Source of the DNA: Nonlabens sp.
GTDB taxonomy: Bacteria > Bacteroidota > Bacteroidia > Flavobacteriales > Flavobacteriaceae
Length of the DNA stretch: 38,424 nt
Direction of reading: 5' to 3'
Assembly: GCA_023301395.1 (NCBI GenBank)
Contig: JALZUY010000089.1
Location: 1-38,424 of the forward strand
Of this stretch, positions 1 through 8,069 are shown piece after piece; position 1 is the stretch's first letter, and each line of letters starts with the position of its first letter. The position numbers and the translations under genes were made by a program. Under the pieces are notes generated by a model that was not told the origin of the DNA, searched no databases, and saw only the letters and a program-made list of their open reading frames with translations.

Positions 1-1212
1 CACTTTAAGCACGTACTTGATGAAGCATTGAAGAACGATATTCATATCGAGACGTCTTCTGCTTTTGATGTAGACATCGTTGAGAACCTAAAATCACAAG
101 GTAAAATTACAAATGACACCTATGTTATTAGTAACGGTTTTAAGCGTGATCAATATGTTCAAAACCTTGCCCGTCTTATAAACAACGGTCACAAAAACTG
201 TATTGTGGTACTTGACAATTACGAAGAAATTAATCTCTTTGACCAAGTAGTCGATGGCAAGTATAATGTAGGTATCCGAATCGCTTCAGAAGAAGAACCA
301 AAATTTGAGTTCTACACCTCAAGACTAGGAATAGGCTATAAAAACATAGTGCCTTTTTACAATAACGAAATCAAGAATAACCCTAAGGTTACTCTTAAAA
401 TGTTGCACTTTTTTATCAATACAGGAATACGCGATACTGCCTATTACTGGAACGAGCTTTTAAAGTGTATGAAAGTCTATGTGAAGCTTAAAAAGGAGTG
501 CGCTACCCTAGACAGTTTAAATATAGGTGGCGGTTTTCCTATTAAAAACTCTCTGGCTTATGATTATGACTATGCGTATATGGTGAGCGAAATCATTCGT
601 CAGATTAAACAAGTTTGCGACGAGAACGATGTTGCTGTTCCTCATATTTTTACAGAATTTGGAAGCTTCACTGTTGGAGAAAGTGGCGGAGCTATTTATG
701 AAGTGTTGTACCAAAAACAACAAAACGATCGTGAAAAATGGAATATGATTAATTCATCATTCATAACGACACTTCCAGATTCTTGGGCAATTAACAAGCG
801 TTTTATAATGCTTCCAATAAACCGTTGGGATAAAGAATATGAGCGTGTATTGCTAGGTGGACTTACTTGTGATAGTGATGATTATTACAATAGTGAACAG
901 CATATGAATGCTATTTACTTACCTAAATACAGTCAAGACAAACCGTTATATATTGGCTTTTTTAATACTGGGGCGTACCAAGAAACCATAGGTGGTTTTG
1001 GAGGACTACAACACTGTTTGATCCCTACACCTAAACATATTCTTATTGATCGCGATGAAGATGGAAAGCTTGTTACTTCGGTATTTGCAGAGCAACAAAC
1101 ATCAGAGCAACTCCTATCTATTTTAGGATATGATTATGGGATTAATAACGCTTTCGCGAAAGCAAACCATTCAGATTCTGAAGTTTCTGAGGCTATAAAA
1201 TTATCATACTAA
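1..1212 (+). CDS. speA: Arginine decarboxylase (PLP-dependent, alanine-racemase fold), 5'-truncated by window edge
   Basis: Frame is open from base 1 (HFKHVLDEALKN...). Motifs LNIGGG, EFGSFTVG, LTCDSDD, TGAYQE; lies directly upstream of agmatinase. Confidence 0.9.
   Translation, partial: HFKHVLDEALKNDIHIETSSAFDVDIVENLKSQGKITNDTYVISNGFKRDQYVQNLARLINNGHKNCIVVLDNYEEINLFDQVVDGKYNVGIRIASEEEPKFEFYTSRLGIGYKNIVPFYNNEIKNNPKVTLKMLHFFINTGIRDTAYYWNELLKCMKVYVKLKKECATLDSLNIGGGFPIKNSLAYDYDYAYMVSEIIRQIKQVCDENDVAVPHIFTEFGSFTVGESGGAIYEVLYQKQQNDREKWNMINSSFITTLPDSWAINKRFIMLPINRWDKEYERVLLGGLTCDSDDYYNSEQHMNAIYLPKYSQDKPLYIGFFNTGAYQETIGGFGGLQHCLIPTPKHILIDRDEDGKLVTSVFAEQQTSEQLLSILGYDYGINNAFAKANHSDSEVSEAIKLSY
1150..1163. 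repeat. Palindrome GCTTTCGCGAAAGC, exact, in speA 3' tail
   Basis: Exact 14-mer, read as AFAKA. Confidence 0.9.
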
Positions 1213-1229
1213 GGAAAAATATTCATACA

Positions 1230-2165
1230 ATGACAACTCAAACATACGCTGGAATTCCAAAAGAGTTAGGCAAACTAGAAAACGCAAAAATAGTATTAAT
1301 ACCTGTTCCTTATGACGGAACTAGTACGTGGCAAAAAGGATCAGACAAGGGACCAGAAGCATTTTTAAACGCTTCAGAGAATATGGAACTCTACGATATT
1401 GAGACGGAAACAGAAGTATACAAACAAGGCATCCACCTCACAGATGCTATAACAGAAAATAGTTCTCCAGAAGCTATGGTGGATGCAGTACACGCCAGCA
1501 CAAAGAGTTATATAAAGAAGAACAAATTTGTTACCATTTTTGGAGGCGAGCATTCCATCTCTATAGGAACGATAAGAGCTTTTAACGAGTGTTATGATAA
1601 TCTAACAGTGCTTCAACTTGATGCGCACGCAGATTTAAGAAAAGAGTATGAAGGTTCTAACTTTAATCACGCCTGTGCAGTTTATGAAGCCAGCCAAACA
1701 ACAAATTTACTCCAAGTAGGCATACGCTCTATGGATATTTCAGAGACTACTGTAATGGATAAAGAGAAAACCTACTTTGCTCACGAGATGGCTGTAGATG
1801 ACTCTTGGATGGACTCATCGATTGATCAAATGACAGAAAATGTTTTTATCACTATTGATCTAGATGTATTTGACCCATCTATTATGCCTAGTACTGGTAC
1901 TCCAGAACCGGGCGGTCTTTTATGGTATGAAACATTGGAATACCTAAGTCAAGTATTTAAACACAAAAACGTGGTAGGGTTTGATATTGTAGAGTTATGC
2001 CCTAATAAGAATGATAAATCTTCGGATTTCTTGGCTGCCAAGCTTTACTATAAAATGTTAAGTTACAAATTCCAAGGTAACAATATCGAAGATGATTTCG
2101 ATAACGATTACCAAACAACATCAAAAAACAATACAACTAAATACAACGAAGACGATGAGTACTAA
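1230..2165 (+). CDS. speB: Agmatinase (ureohydrolase family)
   Basis: GGEHS, DAHADL, DLDVFDPS, PSTGTPEPGG Mn-binding ureohydrolase motifs; follows speA. Confidence 0.93.
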   Translation: MTTQTYAGIPKELGKLENAKIVLIPVPYDGTSTWQKGSDKGPEAFLNASENMELYDIETETEVYKQGIHLTDAITENSSPEAMVDAVHASTKSYIKKNKFVTIFGGEHSISIGTIRAFNECYDNLTVLQLDAHADLRKEYEGSNFNHACAVYEASQTTNLLQVGIRSMDISETTVMDKEKTYFAHEMAVDDSWMDSSIDQMTENVFITIDLDVFDPSIMPSTGTPEPGGLLWYETLEYLSQVFKHKNVVGFDIVELCPNKNDKSSDFLAAKLYYKMLSYKFQGNNIEDDFDNDYQTTSKNNTTKYNEDDEY

Positions 2166-3129
2166 AGGTCCAATTTCACAATTTATAGAAACGCATTATT
2201 TACATTTTAATGCAGCTGCACTTGTTGATGCGGCAAAAGGATATGAAGAACAATTAGCGTCTGGCGCAAAAATGTTAGTTTCTCTAGCTGGTGCAATGAG
2301 TACTGCAGAGTTAGGTAAAAGTTTTGCCGAAATGATTCGTCAAGATAAAGTACAGATTATCTCTTGTACAGGTGCAAACCTTGAAGAAGATATAATGAAT
2401 CTAGTAGCACACTCTCACTATAAGCGTGTACCAAACTATCGTGACCTAACACCACAGGATGAGTGGGATTTACTTGAGAAAGGATTAAACCGTGTTACAG
2501 ATACCTGTATTCCAGAAGAAGAAGCTTTTAGACGTTTACAAAAACACATCGTTAAGATTTGGAAAGATGCTGAGGATAAAGGCGAGCGTTTTTTACCGCA
2601 CGAGTATATGTATAAAATGTTACTCTCTGGAGTACTTGAAGAATACTACGAAATTGACTTGAAAGATTCCTGGATGTATGCCGCAGCAGAAAAGAACCTT
2701 CCCATTGTTTGCCCTGGTTGGGAAGACAGCACAATGGGAAATATTTTTGCAAGTTATGTGCTTAAAGGCGAATTGAAAGCGAGTACTGTCAAGTCAGGCA
2801 TTGAGTATATGACATTTCTAGCAGATTGGTATACAGATAATTCTAAAAAAGGCATAGGCTTCTTTCAAATAGGTGGTGGTATTGCTGGAGATTTCCCTAT
2901 TTGTGTTGTGCCTATGTTGTATCAAGATATGGAACGAACAGATACACCTTTCTGGAGTTACTTCTGCCAAATAAGTGATTCTACAACAAGTTATGGCTCA
3001 TATAGTGGAGCGGTGCCTAATGAGAAAATTACTTGGGGAAAGCTAGATATAGATACACCTAAGTTTATTATTGAAAGTGACGCTACCATAGTAGCACCAC
3101 TGATTTTTGCTTACTTATTAAATATGTAA
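2155..3129 (+). CDS. Deoxyhypusine synthase-like protein (probable homospermidine synthase)
   Basis: TGANLEED, IGGG, GSYSGA and EKITWGK (catalytic Lys of DHS family). Likely start is ATG at 2155 (MSTKGPISQF), overlapping the speB stop, rather than 2092. Confidence 0.88.
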   Translation: MSTKGPISQFIETHYLHFNAAALVDAAKGYEEQLASGAKMLVSLAGAMSTAELGKSFAEMIRQDKVQIISCTGANLEEDIMNLVAHSHYKRVPNYRDLTPQDEWDLLEKGLNRVTDTCIPEEEAFRRLQKHIVKIWKDAEDKGERFLPHEYMYKMLLSGVLEEYYEIDLKDSWMYAAAEKNLPIVCPGWEDSTMGNIFASYVLKGELKASTVKSGIEYMTFLADWYTDNSKKGIGFFQIGGGIAGDFPICVVPMLYQDMERTDTPFWSYFCQISDSTTSYGSYSGAVPNEKITWGKLDIDTPKFIIESDATIVAPLIFAYLLNM

Positions 3130-3131
3130 TT

Positions 3132-3416
3132 ATGGACACTAGAAAACGTGTTATCGTAGATTTTAAAAAACTGACACCAGAGTTGTTAGCACTTTTAGTA
3201 GAAAAGTACCCTGATGGGTATGATGATAATAATATTATCAAGTTTAAAAACGCTAAAAGCGAATGGATAGAGGCAGTGCAACTAGATACAGAAGATGCAA
3301 AGTATTTGGTAAAAGTGAGTACAAAACTAGCTGTAACAATGGAAAATTATGATGAGGATGATTACGCAGATTATGATGTTAACGATCCAGATGCAGTTCA
3401 AAATCCAAAGATCTAA
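3132..3416 (+). CDS. Small conserved hypothetical protein with acidic C-terminus
   Basis: 94 aa ORF 2 bp after the DHS-like stop; KRVIVDFKKL...LVEKYPDGY pattern typical of a Bacteroidota small-protein family; function unknown. Confidence 0.75.
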   Translation: MDTRKRVIVDFKKLTPELLALLVEKYPDGYDDNNIIKFKNAKSEWIEAVQLDTEDAKYLVKVSTKLAVTMENYDEDDYADYDVNDPDAVQNPKI

Positions 3417-3467
3417 TGAAGGTTATTAATAAAACACGACTACTAGCTATTAGGGATAGTAAAATAC

Positions 3468-4252
3468 GGTTCTGTCGCATTAACTCAATGAGAATATGAA
3501 ATGAGAGTTAACAATAAAATTAAGCAGCTAGACTACAGAAAGTTTTAAAAGTAGATTTCTTAGGATTCAAAATTTGATCCTTTCTAATCATGTGTACTAT
3601 TTCTATTCCTGCTAGAGTTCTTTGTGCTGATTCAAACTCTTTAAAACCTGTAGTGATTTTGATTCTCCTCTTTATACTTCTGTGATCTTGTTCTACAATA
3701 TTATTCAAGTATTTCACTCGTCGTATTTTAACCTTTTTAATACTGTTGTTTCGTTTATTCCAAGTCTTGATTCCTGCGGTATTAGAGCCGCTTTTATCAA
3801 TATTTATTATTCTGGGTTTACCATTATTCTTAATGGCTTTATTCAAGAATTTTTGAGCAGACCCTTTCATTCTTCGCTTGGTTAGAAGAATGTCTATGGT
3901 GCTTCCTTGTTTATCAACTGCTCGGTATAAATACATATCTCTACCACCTACTTTGATGTAGGTTTCATCTAGTCTCCAGCTATCAGTAATCTGTCGTTTA
4001 CGACGGTTCATGTTTTGTTCAATTTCTTTTGAAAACTTGAACACCCATCGCTGAATGGTAGAGTGATCCACCTGTACACCTCTAATAGCCATTAATTCTT
4101 CTACATCTCGATAACTCAAACTAAATCGCAGTTTAAAGTAAACTGCTTGCTGTATTACAATATGAGGATATCTATGACGGTGGTACATGTACTTATTTTA
4201 GAATCTCAAAACTAAGTATATTTGAAATTCTAAAAGTTAATGCGACAGAACC
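3468..4252 (-). mobile_element. IS6-family insertion sequence (785 bp)
   Basis: Perfect 18-bp terminal inverted repeats GGTTCTGTCGCATTAACT (3468-3485) and AGTTAATGCGACAGAACC (4235-4252) flanking a DDE transposase; no target-site duplication visible. Confidence 0.95.
3520..4188 (-). CDS. IS6-family transposase
   Basis: LSYRDVEE, HSTIQRWV, WRLDETY, YLYRAVD, NIDKS, LNNIVEQDHR motifs of IS6/IS26-type DDE transposases. Confidence 0.95.
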   Translation of the reverse strand: MYHRHRYPHIVIQQAVYFKLRFSLSYRDVEELMAIRGVQVDHSTIQRWVFKFSKEIEQNMNRRKRQITDSWRLDETYIKVGGRDMYLYRAVDKQGSTIDILLTKRRMKGSAQKFLNKAIKNNGKPRIINIDKSGSNTAGIKTWNKRNNSIKKVKIRRVKYLNNIVEQDHRSIKRRIKITTGFKEFESAQRTLAGIEIVHMIRKDQILNPKKSTFKTFCSLAA

Positions 4253-4481
4253 AAAAGCTGATTTTCTATTGGTTTATTTAGACATTTATGCTCGGTTATT
4301 TCTTTTCTTTTGATGAATATGAATTTAATGTTTAATCATTATTTATATGGTGTTATTTAAGATGACTTCAACTTTATAAAAAAAATCAGGATGTTTGTAC
4401 ACCTATTACCGTACAATCTATGAGTGAATAAGTTGATTTTAATGATCTTATTAGAGTAAATTCATTCCCTAAATACGAACC

Positions 4482-6779
4482 ATGAGATTTATACTTCTTT
4501 TCCTCTTTTCTTTTCTTATCATAAGCTGTAAAACTGATTCAAAAAGCATTTCTTCTTTAACAGTCAAAAACCTTGATGAATTACAATCTACTATTAAGAA
4601 TGCCCAACCTGGAGATGAAATAATCTTAGCAAACGGAACCTGGAAAGATGTAGAGATCAAATTCCACGCCACTGGAACAGAAGAAAGTCCAATTATTCTT
4701 AGAGCCGAAACTCCAGGAAAAGTTACTCTAGAAGGACAATCAGTTTTAAAAATAAGTGGTGAACACTTAATTGTAAAAGACTTGTATTTCAAGAATGGTT
4801 TCACACCTGATGAAGCAGTAATCATATTTAGAAACAGTCCAGATTCTATTGCTTATAACTGTCGCGTTACAGGAACAGTCATTGAAGAGTACACACAATT
4901 AGATAGACATAGAAAAGATCACTGGATAGAGTTTTATGGACAGCAAAATGAGGTGGACCATTGTTATATCGCTGGTAAATCAAATGAAGGACCTACATTA
5001 AAGGTCTACTTAAATGGGAACCGCCATATCAATAATCATCATAAGATTCACGATAATCATTTTGGCCCGAGACCGAGAAAAGGTGGTCCTAAGGCCGAAA
5101 CGATGCAACTAGGTGCAAGTACGACCTCTATGACTCCTTCTTATACTCAAGTGACAGATAATCTTTTTGAGAAATGTAATGGCGAAGTGGAGATAATTTC
5201 AAGTAAATCAAATTTCAATAACTTTAGTAACAACGTCTTTTTAGAAAGTGAAGGATCTGTAGTTACTCGTCATGGAAATTATGCTAACATAAGTGGTAAT
5301 ATGTTTCTAGCAAATGATAATCCTTATGTAGGTGGAATACGTGTTATCAATACTGGTCACTGGATTACAAACAACTATTTCTATGGATTGAAAGGTCAAG
5401 AATTTAGAGCAGCACTAGCTGTAATGAATGGAATTCCTAAATCACCTTTAAATAGATACAATCAAGTTACTGACGCAGTTATTGCGCATAACAGTTGGAT
5501 CAACTGTGAGCAACCTATTCATTTTTCAGTAGGTGTAAATCTAGATCAGGCAGCAGTTTTACCACCATCTGAAATTAGATCAGCTCGTCCTAAACGTGTG
5601 ATTTTTGCAAACAACTTTGTGTATAATGACAAGTACACGTCCTACCCTATCAAAGCTTATGATAAAATTGATGGAGTGAAATTTAAAAAGAACTTAATGA
5701 TAAGCAATCAGACTATGGACTCTGATCGTAATGATTTTGATATAAAGTCAATCTCTAACTCTATAGGTGATGAGCTTTTCTTTGCTCCTGCTCAGTATAA
5801 TAATGAGTTATATGATGGATTTGGTTTTGAAACGATGGACAAAGATCTATTTGGTACAACTAGAGATAAAGAACACAACTATATAGGTGCTATCATTCCT
5901 CCTATAAATGCTAAACAGGCTGCAGTTGATTATTCTAAATATGGTGCCTCTTGGTACACTCCTTATCAAGGAAATCAAGATATACAAACTCATCAAGTTT
6001 CTAGCACTAGCGAATTAGTTGCCGCTATTGAGAAAGCAAACTCTGAAGACATCATCATTCTTAAATCAGGAAATTACTTAATTGATAAAACGATTCCTGT
6101 TGCTAAAGAACTAACCATTAAAGCGACAGGTGTAAAGACTACCATTCAATTTGACGCTCTTAAAACAGGTTTCTTAATGCAACCTAAAGGAATTTTACAT
6201 CTAGAGAATCTCAACATCGCTGGAACACCAGAGCAAGACTTATTCAACACACTAGATAAGGACATGTCTATAGCTTATGGAGTTCACATGAATAATGTCA
6301 GTATTTCAAATTTCAAATCTGTTCTTGATGCCTCAAAAAGTTCGTTTGCAGATGAGATTACTGTTACTAACTCTAGTTTTAAAAACTGTGAAAACGGATT
6401 CCTACTCGATAAAGAAACAGATGATAAAGGAGATTATAATGTAGAATTCTTAACTATAACTGGATCAACTTTTGATAATATCTCTAATGAAGTAATCGAT
6501 TTCTATCGTGGTGGTTATGATGAATCTACTATAGGTGGTGTTCTTACACTTTCTGGAAATACATTCAGTAAATGTGGTAAACAAGATAAAGATGAAATCT
6601 TAGTCAACACTCGTGGTATCATCAACGTAACTTTTGAAAACAATACTTTCACTAACAATGATACCCAACTCACTGCCATTCTTTGGGGTATAAAAGGTCA
6701 GAAATCGGTTAATAATACCCTAGTTAATTCTGGAGAAATTAAAGTTGTAGAGAATCTAGAATTGAAACTGGTTTATTAA
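4482..6779 (+). CDS. PL6 alginate lyase (chondroitinase-B-like beta-helix plus C-terminal beta-helix domain), lipoprotein
   Basis: PGDEIILANGTW, EVEIISSKS, VTRHG, GGIRVIN, MNGIPKSPLNRY PL6 motifs; lipobox LIISC. Confidence 0.9.
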   Translation: MRFILLFLFSFLIISCKTDSKSISSLTVKNLDELQSTIKNAQPGDEIILANGTWKDVEIKFHATGTEESPIILRAETPGKVTLEGQSVLKISGEHLIVKDLYFKNGFTPDEAVIIFRNSPDSIAYNCRVTGTVIEEYTQLDRHRKDHWIEFYGQQNEVDHCYIAGKSNEGPTLKVYLNGNRHINNHHKIHDNHFGPRPRKGGPKAETMQLGASTTSMTPSYTQVTDNLFEKCNGEVEIISSKSNFNNFSNNVFLESEGSVVTRHGNYANISGNMFLANDNPYVGGIRVINTGHWITNNYFYGLKGQEFRAALAVMNGIPKSPLNRYNQVTDAVIAHNSWINCEQPIHFSVGVNLDQAAVLPPSEIRSARPKRVIFANNFVYNDKYTSYPIKAYDKIDGVKFKKNLMISNQTMDSDRNDFDIKSISNSIGDELFFAPAQYNNELYDGFGFETMDKDLFGTTRDKEHNYIGAIIPPINAKQAAVDYSKYGASWYTPYQGNQDIQTHQVSSTSELVAAIEKANSEDIIILKSGNYLIDKTIPVAKELTIKATGVKTTIQFDALKTGFLMQPKGILHLENLNIAGTPEQDLFNTLDKDMSIAYGVHMNNVSISNFKSVLDASKSSFADEITVTNSSFKNCENGFLLDKETDDKGDYNVEFLTITGSTFDNISNEVIDFYRGGYDESTIGGVLTLSGNTFSKCGKQDKDEILVNTRGIINVTFENNTFTNNDTQLTAILWGIKGQKSVNNTLVNSGEIKVVENLELKLVY

Positions 6780-6833
6780 ATATTAGTTTTAATAAACACT
6801 CCTGTTAAATGAGTTCTATTTTTAAAGTATAAA

Positions 6834-6865
6834 AAAAATCCCTGATCTTACGATCAGGGATTTTT
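6834..6865. terminator. Bidirectional rho-independent terminator between convergent PL6 and SDR genes
   Basis: AAAAATCCCTGATC-TTAC-GATCAGGGATTTTT perfect hairpin with A/T tails on both sides. Confidence 0.85.
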
Positions 6866-6887
6866 ATATATAAAATAAACTCAGGTA

Positions 6888-7649
6888 TTAAATACCTAGA
6901 GCTTGTCCACCACCTATCTGAATAGTCTCAGCAGTGATGAATGATGCATCTTTACTTGCAAGGAAAGAAACAACACCAGAAACATCTTCTGGTTGACCTA
7001 GCCTACCTAACATAATGTTATTTGCCCATGAAGCAAATACCTCAGGCTTAGTAGATTTAATTTGAGAATGAAAAGGAGTATCGATAGTACCAGGAGATAC
7101 TGCGTTTACTCTAATCCCATATTCTGCAAGATCTTTTGCAAGTGCTCTTGTAATTGCATGAACACCAGCTTTAGAAGTTCCATAAATTCCAGCTCCAGGT
7201 CCACCAGCATTCCATGCTGCGTTTGAAGTGTAGTTAATGATAGAAGGATGTGTTCCTTTTTTAAGGAAAGGAATTGCTGCTCTTGAAGTAAAGAATACAG
7301 AATCTAAATTAAGAGCCATTACACCTCTATAAAAGTCTGTAGTCATTTCTTCAAAACGAGATCTTCCACCTAATCCACCTGCATTGTTCACAAGTGCATC
7401 TATTCTACCGTACTTCTCACCTATAGCAGCAACACTAGAATTTACAGCTTCTTCGTTTGTTACATCAAATTCCATAAACTCACAATCAATTCCGTGAGCT
7501 TTTAATTCTTCTACACGCTGATTTCCTAAATCTGCTTGAAGCCCATTAAGAACGACAGTATAACCGTCAAGTCCTAATCTTTTTGCTACTTCAAATCCTA
7601 TTCCACCAGTTGCTCCAGTTACAATAGCTACTCTACCTTTATTATTCAT
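6888..7649 (-). CDS. Short-chain dehydrogenase/reductase, probable DEH (4-deoxy-L-erythro-5-hexoseulose uronate) reductase
   Basis: TGATGGIG, NNAGG, YGTSK, VSPGTIDTPFH; position downstream of PL17 and kdgF. Confidence 0.85.
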   Translation of the reverse strand: MNNKGRVAIVTGATGGIGFEVAKRLGLDGYTVVLNGLQADLGNQRVEELKAHGIDCEFMEFDVTNEEAVNSSVAAIGEKYGRIDALVNNAGGLGGRSRFEEMTTDFYRGVMALNLDSVFFTSRAAIPFLKKGTHPSIINYTSNAAWNAGGPGAGIYGTSKAGVHAITRALAKDLAEYGIRVNAVSPGTIDTPFHSQIKSTKPEVFASWANNIMLGRLGQPEDVSGVVSFLASKDASFITAETIQIGGGQALGI

Positions 7650-7685
7650 ATTATTAATTATATTTAATTTACTTTTTATTAATTT

Positions 7686-8066
7686 TTAAGCTTCTTTATC
7701 TCCAAAATATGATACACCGCTACCATCCATAAAATCTTCTCTTATGGGTGCAAATGTATCTATTAACATCCCTTCTTCCAGGCACACTGCACTGTGTAAC
7801 AAATTAGGCTCCATATAAACACCATCACCAGCACTCACAATTTGTTTTACACCATCTATGATAAACTCAAATTTTCCTGCAGCCACATAAGTAGCTTGTG
7901 TATGAAAATGTTGATGTGGTGCGCCTTCTGCACCTTTTTCAAACTTCACTTGAACCATCATAATCTGGTTATCATAACCTAAAAACTTACGTGATACTCC
8001 ACCACCTAGTTCTTCCCATTCCATCTGATTAGTTAGAATATACTTTTCACTAAACCTACTTTTCAT
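7686..8066 (-). CDS. kdgF: Cupin, KdgF-like uronate ring-opening protein
   Basis: GGGVSRKFLGYD, PHQHFHTQ, HSAVCLEEG, DTFAPIREDF; alginate context. Confidence 0.88.
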   Translation of the reverse strand: MKSRFSEKYILTNQMEWEELGGGVSRKFLGYDNQIMMVQVKFEKGAEGAPHQHFHTQATYVAAGKFEFIIDGVKQIVSAGDGVYMEPNLLHSAVCLEEGMLIDTFAPIREDFMDGSGVSYFGDKEA

Positions 8067-8069
8067 GAT

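Noticed and set aside
517-723. Antisense/overlapping short ORFs (also 2552, 3682, 4469, 17698, 18484, 21069, 22844, 24314, 25799, 28872, 31631, 32928, 34663, 36441, 37884)
   Set aside because: All lie within well-supported genes on the other strand or frame and show no recognisable motifs.
2092-2154. N-terminal extension of DHS-like ORF from ATG 2092
   Set aside because: Overlaps the speB coding tail in another frame; plausible protein begins at ATG 2155.
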